From assembly GCA_035327585.1 (NCBI GenBank), contig DAOLDD010000013.1, positions 5,174-69,173 on the forward strand: a stretch of DNA of 64,000 bases, given 5' to 3'. Numbering within the stretch: the stretch's first letter is position 1; every line of letters starts with the position of its first letter. The notes under the pieces are model-generated. The model saw nothing but the letters and a program-made list of their open reading frames with translations, had not been told where the DNA came from and did not search any database. A program made the position numbers and the translations under genes. Of this stretch, positions 59,001 to 64,000 are shown piece after piece. The DNA is from Kiritimatiellia bacterium (lineage in GTDB: Bacteria > Verrucomicrobiota > Kiritimatiellia > CAIVKH01).

Positions 59001-62000
59001 GGTGTTCTTCACGCAGGATTCGGGTGATCCGACGACGAACGACGTTTATTTCGACGCCTCAACCTATGCGGATCTCGCGACGAACGCGACCGCGACGCTG
59101 ACGCTGCAGGGCCTCTCCATGGGTTCGGAGTATCGCCTGGCCGTGGCCGGTCTCGACCGCGCGGGCAACCTCGGGCCGATCTCCGGTGTGCAGACGGTGA
59201 CGCTGGGCCAGATTGTCATCACCCAGGCGTTCGCCAACGCGCAGTCGCAGCCCGTGCTGAACTGGTTCGGCAATCCCGCCGCCTTCTACGATGTGATCTA
59301 CGCGGACGCCACCGGCTACGCCGCCACGATCAACGCGCAGTGGAAGCTCGCGAAGACGGTGCTTGGCACCAGCTTCACGGACGAGGGTGGCCTCGATGAG
59401 GGAACTGCCAACGTGCGCGTAGCACCCATGGATCTGCCGAACAAGTGGATGCGTTTCTACCGCGTGGCGGTGGCCAATGCCTGGGTGCCGACGGCGGCGC
59501 GGCAGGGCGGGGCGACGACCTCGGTGGTGGTGGCGCTCAAGACCACGCTGTCCAACGGCTACAACTTCGTCGGCACGGGCATGACGCCATCGGACCCCTC
59601 GCTGGCAGGCGTTTTCGGTACAAACCGGTTGCCCGCGGGCACGATGCTTTCGGACTCCACGAGCATTTCAATTTATGATCCTTCGCCGACCGGTGAAGCG
59701 CTGACGAACGCCTGGTGGCTGCATCAGACGGATGGTTGGCGCTACGAATCCGGGTCCGCCTCCGCGAACACCCAGGCCCTGCCGTATATACTGGCCGGCT
59801 ACACGGTCACGATTCCCTCAAGCGCCACGCCGACAACCAACCTGCTGATGGTCGGCCTCGTGCCGTGGACGAATCCGCCCGTAATCAGCATCTACAGCGG
59901 GTACTATCACATCGTGTCGCTCAACCTGCCGCGCCCGACGCGATTGGATGAGACGGGCTTCAAGGATGTTCTGCGGTGGGGTGCGGCGCTGCTGGCCGCC
60001 GACGAAATCCGTCTCCTCCAGCGCGGGCCGGGTCCCTTCGAATCGCCCGCCGCCCGGTTCTTCGTCAACACCACGGGCCAGTACCGCCGCGCGACCGGCG
60101 GTGTGTCTTCCGTACCGGCGAATGACTACCTCATCCAGCCGGACGACGCGATCATTCTGCACACGCCGCGCTCGACCAATCTGCTGGCGAATTGGACGAT
60201 GCCGCTTCCGTTCGCGCCGCCGGTGTTGCAGCTCACCAATCCGATCAGCGCCGCGCCGATCGTGCTGGCGCAGGCGCCGCTCAGCATCACCGAAACCAGC
60301 GCGGTGCTGCGTGGCAAGGTGACGCCGAACAGCCTGGCCGCGTCCGCGAAAATCCTGTGGGGAACGACGACGAACTACGGCAGCGAAGTGGCCGTGACGA
60401 ACCTGCCGGCGACCAATATCGCCTATGACCTGTCCGGCCAAATCAGCGGGCTGACTACGGGCACGTTGTACTACTTCCGCGTCTGGGCCTCGAACAGCGC
60501 CGGCATCAGCCGGTTCGGAACCGGCCAGTTCATCACGCTGGGTTCCTGTACGAACGCCACGCCGTCCGCCCCCGGCGTTGCGGCGACGGACGGAACGTCC
60601 ACGAATCATGTCCAGTTGAGCTGGAGCGACGTCGCTTATGAGGACGGCTATGAGATCTGGCGACACACGATCAACGTCTCCGGCTCCGCCTCGCTGCTCA
60701 CGACGGTTGGCGCGAATGCGACGAACTATAACGATTCCAGCGCGACGCCGGGCCAGCAATATTACTACTGGTTGAAGGCCTACAATTGCGCGGGCGACAG
60801 CGGTTTCGGTTCGGGCAATGGCGGGTATCGTCAGCTCGCGACAGTCGCGGGTCTTTCCGCCTCCTACAATACCTACACCAACAAGGTCGTCATCCAGTGG
60901 TCGGACATCACTGGTGAGACCTCGTATGGCATCTGGCGGCACACGTCCGACGCTTCCGGATCAGCGTCCCCGTTGGGCGCGGCCCCCGCGGACGCGCTGG
61001 CCTTTACGGATACCACGGCAACCGCGGACACGGATTACTACTACTGGGTGCGTGGCAGCAACAACACGAGCGGCACGGTGGGCGCGTTCCCGTCGGGCGG
61101 CGCGCTGGGCCGCCGGTCCAGCATCGGCGTGCCTGTGCTGAGCCTGCCGACGTATTCCAACATATTGACGACGGTGAGCAGCACCGGTGCGACGCTGGGG
61201 GCGACGATTGATTCGAACGGCGGAGATACGCTCACCGGGCGCGGAACGACATGGGGAACTTCGCCGTCGCCTGTCGGCAATAGTCTCGATCAAGGCGGCA
61301 CGTCCATCGGCACGTTCTCCCATGCCCGCTCGAACATGCCCGCCGGCACGCTGATCTACTTCCGCGGCTGGGCGAGCAACTCAGTCGGCATCGGGTATTC
61401 CGGCGATGGCAGTTTCTGGACCGCGCCGCCGAGGCCCATGGGTCTTTCGTTCACGAACCAGACCACCAACAGCTTCCTCGCCCAATGGTCCGCCGCCACG
61501 GGTGCGACGAACTACCTGCTCGACGTGTCCACCTCGTCGCTCTTCTCCGTGCATGTGTCAGGCTACAGCAACCGCGAGTTGGGTTCCGTGGTCTCGCATG
61601 TCGTGACGAATTTGCAGTCGGGCATACTGCACTACTGGCGGCTCCGGGCCCAGAACGCGGGCGGCATCGGTCCCTATTCCACGACGAACGAGGGTGTTTC
61701 TCTTGTGATCGAGCCCACCGTGCAATCCACATCGCTGGTCTTCACCAACATCGGCGTTACGAACATGACGGTGTCGTGGACGCCTGGCAATGGGACGCAC
61801 CGCATGCTGGTGGGTCGCGCGGGTGGGGGCGTCAACAGCATGCCCGTTGATGGCGCCATGTATACCGGGTCCGCTCATTTCGGGTCGGGCGGGCAGATCG
61901 GTTCGGGAAATTACGTGCTCTACAGCGGGCTCTCCACCGCCACGTCCGTGAATGTACACGGACTCAGCACCAATACGGCGTATTTCTTCCGCGTGTTCGA

Positions 62001-62079
62001 GCGGAATGGCACGGATCAGCAGGCCAATTATCTGACCAACAACGCCGCGGGGAATCCAGGCGGAGCGAGCACGCTATGA
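47053..62079 (+). CDS. Giant secreted/surface protein 2 (~5,010 aa) with FN3-like, six choice-of-anchor-D/ASH Ig-like, lamin-tail-like and jelly-roll modules, DDD repeats and a conserved near-C-terminal block
   Basis: Uninterrupted 15-kb ORF; signal peptide ending PLARA. Six PEIAVxGNG...TDFG...ITNxG...F.P...G.R units; GDIAIFAMN...FAFVTLVDIP.GT.IKFTDNGW lamin-tail-like domain. Confidence 0.9.
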   Translation: MGNGFYRRWKTQYGARRLLGVLLLVAGTCGAPLARAGYTNDWEATSNKTAYGSGNLTVDGITWQLVEALATTGDSSDFKNGTRSARGRGYGVSEITMLGDKSGGVGYVTFQHRRYGTDAQVAWVTEYSTNSGSSWTAIGSTFTPGASVDVFSNNVNIAGNVRIRIRTDSSSGTANRRANFDDIILSDYASVTVPTVTTLAGTATNTTTATVGGNVTDDGGAAVTNRGVVYKTTAGVTIADNKTQSGSGTGSYTVDLTSLSVNTRYYFRAYAQNSEGTSLGSELEFWTWANVPSAPTVDNPTTSSLDVNVNVNGNSASTLFSIQATNSSLFVQTNGTLGASEHWRTDADWGTITVTGLSPSQQYGFRVRAQNGQGTLTAYSTVANGTTSAGSVPPTVTTAAGTATNTTTATVGGNVTADGGATVTNRGVVYKTTAGVAITDNKTQSGSGTGSYTVNLTSLSVNQQYYYRAYAQNSAGDGLGSELSFWTWANVPSAPTVNNPTTSSLDVNVNVNGNPAATIFSIQATNSSLFVQTNGTLGATEHWRTDAAWGTITVTGLDPGQQYGFRVRAQNGQGTLTAYSTVGNGTTLATTPTVTTAVASVTNQMTANSGGNVTADGGATVTNRGVVWALSPATPTVPGAQTTNGTGTGAFTSILTNLTPGATYNYRAFAQNSAGTAYGAQYELATPCFTGAVLGLVASVTNDTSFTAAWTAFAGAGGYTLDVSTNASFSVGGGGLTNVFRETMGSVGGTTTIAAHESADGFDNNDYTMSSGAAANPGDIRATSTSSGYTDPAGNAASGNANVFLTSTSGDYGFSIAGIDTTGYSDLLLSFGYRKESASANASFVVEWSTNNASAWNAITVSNMPAAGATAGWYMISNLAVSASAAGTTNLSLRWVKSGTTAMRLDDVLLQGSAGSPSFIPGYSNRVVAGTSQSVTGLTAGSTYYFRVLATNAYCTSDYSSTQSVTTTVSAPEIAVSGNGNNIADGSVAPAISNHTDFGSASVAGGTVTRTYTITNSGTANLTLGTVTTSGTHAADFIVTAQPSSPVTPGGSTTFQVQFDPSATGTRSATVSFTNNDADENPFNFAIQGTGTAPEIAVSGNGNDIADGDSTPSLTDHTDFGDVLVDGGTLTRTYTITNSGNENLTLGTVTTSGTHAADFIVTAQPSSPVAPGGSTTFQVQFNPSAVGTRTAEVSFTNNDADENPFNFTIQGTGTAPEIAVSGNGTDIADGDNTPSTLDGTDFGSVLVGNHVDQVFVITNSGTASLTVGNVTTSGTHAADFIVTAQPSSPVAAGGSTTFTLRFLPGASGVRSAAVSFTNGDSDEDPFNFSVQGNGVLAAPNIVLLGTNGATIAKDDVTPDVADGTDFGSANVIGGTVTRTFTITNNGTASLTISGITTSGTHAADFEVTTAPGGSVAAGATTTFVVTFDPADRGLREATFSIANNDGPNNPYTFAVQGTGLAPEIAVSGNGNNIADGSVTPALSNHTDFGSADIAGGTVTRTFTITNIGNASLTIGSVSTSGAHAADFIVTVQPAGTLAVSNSTTFQVQFDPFVAGTRSATLSFSNGDPDRDPFSFDIEGTGVVNPEIAVLGTNGALVADGDNTPSFADGTDFGATAVTGGQVDRTLFITNSGSGALTITGVTTSGAHAADFVVVSWPALVDAGARSNLVLRFDPTASGVRTAAVVIASDDADEASYDFAVRGTGQVPPTVTTTIASATNQTTATAGGNVTADGFATVTNRGVVWALSPATPTVPGAQTTNGTGTGSYSATLTNLIPGATYNYRAFAQNSAGTSYGAQTNLTTPCFSGVVTGLVVTVTNETSFTAAWSNFAGATGYALDVATVSNFSGAASTIGQQDFEASPASPVATYSASGGGIVTGDSASGDRPASSPFASSGTNAYSVNNGSATITFDAVDTSGSSDLTLSMRVASFSIASTGNGADAGDIVTVSISPDNGATYYSTLRILGNNNAYWSYAGGTGVATTDYDGDVTPVDFQPAGGGNRTTDGYSTVIISNLPAVAQLRVRVAMLNNASGERWTVDDVVLSGSAGGYVAGYSNRTVSGTSTTVTGLTDGVTYYLRVRATNEYCITDNSSTQSVTTTIGADVAAPSLSGFNIDAASFTDFQIRNGFSVTGLVFDAGGVSNATHTPYLFLKNNSNNTILASNKFDVAPANGTTVLSPLSETVPGAAYTNVTLGSYTGTVGAADLAGNVAVSNFIFSVIDDDSTPPTISSADFTYGGVGSRYFAITTNSTPATVTNRAGTFANVRYTLTDEELAQANARDLRFAFGVRDADSGIARGTAGTTNTVMSFSLENAVSGNFTNYRADLSSANYTNARTTNVWSFPLGFFTESIINNLMAASSNRVTITVPDDDNDRTNDQALLISETVGWVTAVDDDTVPPDLSNIRIGAVGGSGAAAPVWVETMGTVGGATAIAAYESANNFDNDAQTMSGSGGSGEGIYSTVNSSGYTNASGSANLRFGGYGQFLQIDGLDMSTNANVSMSFGISLGAGSANNDHIKAEYSTNGTDWVDLPFSVDATTSWQLVEPSGTIPSSAGLSIRLRRTSTGTAGWDFRIDDITLYSTAPSVTNLTDGQLFAGVALTGLVQDAYSGIYGTNHTGAFAPTVTVFNATGGIVYGARFAGGPANGGALTATPFSNLVSLATNDIAIGATYTSRVVVWDYDFDRTGDQLSSTQQVAFTVIDDDTNAPAVSGFSLGGATTNYDLSFSSIALTGTITDASGVQYGGASYYLVLGGSGVVQSNALFAGAGNAATGTITDAGLLCGQDYTIRVFAIDADLDRANDQLSTTQNVLVIRTIGVGGPADFPIASNLLVNGTAASPAVTLTDANIATGGWSLAMNLSHPVGVQTNATSPSFRVTNSVGEVLGSIPWSNGVLSGQTYFFTNSGLPAVSYAAVETGLHHVVWSALNAGSCVANVIDRGIIAGGTNSFTVVDDDSAPPVLSGFAAPGGATIDVSVALSGFTVTGLVQDAGSGVAFTSRPPYFLFLNTDGAVLASNAFSGHTEGAGLASAVALTNWFSGLTLTCGNSYTVRVVAADADNDRASDAAVGTNDVLVIVTSGSDGDAPTAADLFVNNTPAASATLTDQNIATGGWRVALSFTHISGDIVTNGVDAPSFAVRNADAVDVYGLLAWSNITKSGATYYATNHPMMSADTNLVTTGLYTLVWSARSEGLCFGLTNGSTLVSPGTNTFLVVDDDVTPPDLYGVNVGGGTGTGCGGSGGNCPDPTRTNLIAGDIAIFAMNTLTTGGIGTNVLFNSDSFAFVTLVDIPTGTEIKFTDNGWRSSTASFRANEGILTWRATNCVPAGTVVRWIATNTPVFNVGVLQSVAGSFAPNIQGEQILAYQGPNNAPNFIYAVNDRLDGIWDIDAVDSHSSALPPGLIDGYTAVAVGEFDNIIIDTNNLSISGGRDAVLFYIGGADNWIGSDSTPYNLALFNFTFPDLCAAGGVITDGDLLAGGWSITGLVQDVNSGLLVSNAAGVRYMVLNTNSGVVVSNYFTTTFASGSTLLHGLSNAIPGGDYFAIQLGSLTARLFAADADNDRPNDSAERMTNVAFTVVDDDTDPPQIGFFFVNGQTTITNAADLLSMVISGQVRDVTSGIGFTSAPPTYTVLDSLGFTVASGGFANTPGTEGAGLNWTSIWTAPINLAGIADCGVYTVRVTVADADNDRVGDRLQTNLNFIISVTTGTGEEPAASNLLVNTSPADVATLTDAELAAGGWDLAMSLHHPIGIRYDSPFEPSFEIRDPNAVTVIGQNWTNIETVGGTAYVTNYGLPGVAYANVFTGFYTVAWSARSQGACYGEVFDALFIGGTSNRLRVVDDDTTGPTAASNFVNTAVQWTNNPVVTYTWDTSSVHDVSGVFEFRIRTDGLAPTTMADGVSAGLTNTITLTNLNEGVLTNWLFAIDNDNDRANDRAMGAATTTVLYLDFTAPSQVTDFVASPGAIDDTSEIDLTWTPLADAGNPDLSPWDTYRVFFTQDSGDPTTNDVYFDASTYADLATNATATLTLQGLSMGSEYRLAVAGLDRAGNLGPISGVQTVTLGQIVITQAFANAQSQPVLNWFGNPAAFYDVIYADATGYAATINAQWKLAKTVLGTSFTDEGGLDEGTANVRVAPMDLPNKWMRFYRVAVANAWVPTAARQGGATTSVVVALKTTLSNGYNFVGTGMTPSDPSLAGVFGTNRLPAGTMLSDSTSISIYDPSPTGEALTNAWWLHQTDGWRYESGSASANTQALPYILAGYTVTIPSSATPTTNLLMVGLVPWTNPPVISIYSGYYHIVSLNLPRPTRLDETGFKDVLRWGAALLAADEIRLLQRGPGPFESPAARFFVNTTGQYRRATGGVSSVPANDYLIQPDDAIILHTPRSTNLLANWTMPLPFAPPVLQLTNPISAAPIVLAQAPLSITETSAVLRGKVTPNSLAASAKILWGTTTNYGSEVAVTNLPATNIAYDLSGQISGLTTGTLYYFRVWASNSAGISRFGTGQFITLGSCTNATPSAPGVAATDGTSTNHVQLSWSDVAYEDGYEIWRHTINVSGSASLLTTVGANATNYNDSSATPGQQYYYWLKAYNCAGDSGFGSGNGGYRQLATVAGLSASYNTYTNKVVIQWSDITGETSYGIWRHTSDASGSASPLGAAPADALAFTDTTATADTDYYYWVRGSNNTSGTVGAFPSGGALGRRSSIGVPVLSLPTYSNILTTVSSTGATLGATIDSNGGDTLTGRGTTWGTSPSPVGNSLDQGGTSIGTFSHARSNMPAGTLIYFRGWASNSVGIGYSGDGSFWTAPPRPMGLSFTNQTTNSFLAQWSAATGATNYLLDVSTSSLFSVHVSGYSNRELGSVVSHVVTNLQSGILHYWRLRAQNAGGIGPYSTTNEGVSLVIEPTVQSTSLVFTNIGVTNMTVSWTPGNGTHRMLVGRAGGGVNSMPVDGAMYTGSAHFGSGGQIGSGNYVLYSGLSTATSVNVHGLSTNTAYFFRVFERNGTDQQANYLTNNAAGNPGGASTL
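47632..48825 (+). repeat. Tandem 600-bp intragenic duplication (two double-FN3 units)
   Basis: CCC ACC GTC at 47632 and CCC ACG GTG at 48232 give an exact 600-bp offset; the peptides are nearly identical. Confidence 0.9.
49963..52165 (+). repeat. Six tandem ~120-aa choice-of-anchor-D/ASH-like domain repeats
   Basis: Repeated APEIAVSGNG/TDFG/TSGTHAADF/PFNF.IQG.G. Confidence 0.85.
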
Positions 62080-62906
62080 GCACGAGGCGGATCATCACGG
62101 GATTGGCGACACTGGCCCTCGCGACGTTCACGGCGGGCGCGCAGAAGGTGCCGCTTCACGCGGCGGTGACCAATCCCATCTTGAATGAATATGGCGCACC
62201 ACTTGCAAAGCCACAGGGCGAGTTGGTGCAGTTTCTCTACGTGAACAGCGGCGTGCAGCCGCCCGCGGTCGATGGCCAGCCGCATCCCAACAATCCGGTC
62301 GTGTATACGAGCCGGATCGGGAACGGGATGGGCCGGGCCGATTCGGAGGGCAAATTCAGCGCCGCGATCACACCGCGTCCAGGCGGCCCGATCATCGCGC
62401 GGGTTTTCAACGCGCCGACGCTGGAGGAGGCATCGTTCTACGCGGATTCGCAGCCTTTCACGCCGCTGCAGGACCGGACGATCTTTTATCCCGTGCTCAA
62501 CGCCACCACCAATCCGCTCGATTCCGCCGATGATGATGGCGATGGCGTGCACAATTCGTGGGAGAAGAGCCTGGGTTCCGACCGGAACAATCCCGATACC
62601 GACGGCGACGGCGTGCCGGATGGCCATGAATTCCGCGCGGGCACCGGGTTGACGGATGCTGACTCGTTCCTCGCGATGGTCCGCCTGATGCCCCAGCCCG
62701 GCGGCCATCTGCGCGTCGAATGGGACGCCGTGCCGGGCAAGTCCTACCAGGTGCAATTCGCGGCCGGAGATCTGGCCGCGCCTGATCTGGTCTTCAGCAA
62801 TGTCAACGCGGTTATCACGGCTGCACAGGCCGATACCCATACGACTATGACCAATGGCACGAGTATGCCCCTGGGCGTGTTCCGGGTGCGGTTGGTCGAT
62901 GATTAA
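62076..62906 (+). CDS. Secreted protein with Ca2+-binding DxDGDG (thrombospondin-3-like) repeats and C-terminal W..Y..FRV module
   Basis: Signal peptide; DDDGDGVHNSWE...NPDTDGDGVPDGHE; ATGA overlap with the giant 2 stop. Confidence 0.85.
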   Translation: MSTRRIITGLATLALATFTAGAQKVPLHAAVTNPILNEYGAPLAKPQGELVQFLYVNSGVQPPAVDGQPHPNNPVVYTSRIGNGMGRADSEGKFSAAITPRPGGPIIARVFNAPTLEEASFYADSQPFTPLQDRTIFYPVLNATTNPLDSADDDGDGVHNSWEKSLGSDRNNPDTDGDGVPDGHEFRAGTGLTDADSFLAMVRLMPQPGGHLRVEWDAVPGKSYQVQFAAGDLAAPDLVFSNVNAVITAAQADTHTTMTNGTSMPLGVFRVRLVDD

Positions 62907-62990
62907 ATTTTGCCAAAAGTTAACGAGTCCCGCATCAGTCCCACACCGTCGAAGCGTTCTATTCAGCGAAGCAGAAGAAGGAGCCACATC

Positions 62991-64000
62991 ATGAAACGCA
63001 GCATTACACTCCCGACCATACTGACCCTTTTGTTTGCGGGCGCGGTATTCATCCCGTTGGCCAGTTACGCGCAAACCACGAACTATTTTACGGGATTTGA
63101 GGATGCCACGAAGGGCTCGTATGCAGCAGCCGACGTGACCTTGAGCGGAATTTCGTGGAATTTTACGGAAGCGCTGATTGGCACTGACGCAAATGACCGC
63201 AAAAACGGCACGAAGGCTGCACGAATGAGGACGAACAACGTCGCCGCCCTCACGATGCTGGCCGATATCACGAACGGGGCCGGTGTGGTCAGTTTCCTGC
63301 ACGCGAAATTCGGATCGGACGGAAATTCCGAAGTCGCGCTGGACTACAGCACCGACGGCGGTTCGATCTGGGTAAATGCAGGCACGACGGCCGTCGAAAG
63401 CACCACGCTCACCTTGTATTCGACCAACATCAACCAAACGGGAAATGTCCGGCTTCGCATTCGGAAGACCGCCGGAACCGCGAGCCAAAGACCGAACATC
63501 GACGATATCACCGTTCTCGCGCCCGGCGAGGCGCCTGCCCCAACGACGAATGTTCAGTTCACCACGTCCTCCGCATCCATTGGCGAGGCGGGCGGCGCCT
63601 ACACCGTGACGGTGTACAAAACGCTGGCGGAGGGAAATGTCAGCGGCAGCGTGACCCTCGGCGGGACGGCCACCGAAGGCGCGGACTACTCCATCGACAC
63701 GACGAACTTCACGATGAACGGCGCGACGACGTCGGCCACCTTCGTGATCACGATCAACGATGACGGCGACACGGAATCGGCCGAGACGGTCACGCTCACG
63801 CTGGCCAATGTGCTCGGCGGCACGATTTCCCCGCCTTCGGTGTTTACGCTGACGATCACGGACAACGACGGCACGCCGCCGCCGAGCGGTGAGCCCTGGA
63901 TCAACGAGTTCAACTATGATCCGCCGGGAACGGACTCGAATGAATTCGTCGAAATCGCGGGACCGGCCGGACTTGACCTCGCCGCCTACCGAATCGTGCT
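62991..64000 (+). CDS. Secreted protein with jelly-roll N-domain, Calx-beta domain and lamin-tail domain; 3' end outside window
   Basis: Translated by hand, open to the window end. AAGGAG RBS; signal peptide; GGTATEGADY...TINDDGDTESAETVTLTL...TITDND (Calx-beta); PWINEFNYDPPGTDSNEFVEIAG (LTD). Confidence 0.85.
   Translation, partial: MKRSITLPTILTLLFAGAVFIPLASYAQTTNYFTGFEDATKGSYAAADVTLSGISWNFTEALIGTDANDRKNGTKAARMRTNNVAALTMLADITNGAGVVSFLHAKFGSDGNSEVALDYSTDGGSIWVNAGTTAVESTTLTLYSTNINQTGNVRLRIRKTAGTASQRPNIDDITVLAPGEAPAPTTNVQFTTSSASIGEAGGAYTVTVYKTLAEGNVSGSVTLGGTATEGADYSIDTTNFTMNGATTSATFVITINDDGDTESAETVTLTLANVLGGTISPPSVFTLTITDNDGTPPPSGEPWINEFNYDPPGTDSNEFVEIAGPAGLDLAAYRIV

Noticed and set aside
29671-61959. 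Long antisense and alternative-frame ORFs (e.g. 40054..43185, 55756..58650, 49465..51648, 22972..24849, 2437..3993, 7227..8495)
   Set aside because: They are shadows of high-GC coding sequence (few stops on the opposite strand), with Arg/Gly-rich composition and no motifs.

Overview
High-GC bacterial chromosomal segment. The gene content and protein style suggest a PVC-group organism (Kiritimatiellia/Verrucomicrobiota-like); this is an inference. The left 26 kb is core and metabolic DNA. It holds a Zn/Mn ABC binding protein, DUF212 and CopD-like genes, and an Rrf2-nirK-FGE(NirV-like)-SCO-DGC-nnrS nitrite-reduction cluster with a visible shared operator. It also holds YyaL/DUF1800/DUF1501, an amidase plus a HAD-like gene, a pseudouridine synthase, a metallophosphoesterase, leuS, a four-helix-bundle gene, a K+-dependent membrane pyrophosphatase and tRNA-Ser(TGA). 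The right 38 kb, after the tRNA, is a surface-protein region: LamG and PEGA proteins, an intact TIR-bounded RAYT-like HUH transposase, two giant paralogous secreted proteins (~5.7k and ~5.0k aa) and two more secreted proteins. Three signals stand out. (1) Short-period (6/7/9-nt) repeat arrays occur throughout the left part. One type bounds the four-helix-bundle (Avd-like) gene as inverted arms and also sits, translated, inside the yyaL coding sequence. (2) A GTAG REP doublet is inserted in frame inside leuS. (3) The giant proteins lack a recognisable autotransporter barrel or PEP-CTERM tail. They share unannotated repeat and C-terminal modules, and one of these modules is also encoded as a small stand-alone secreted protein 29 kb away. 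No CRISPR array, rRNA, integrase or reverse transcriptase was seen.
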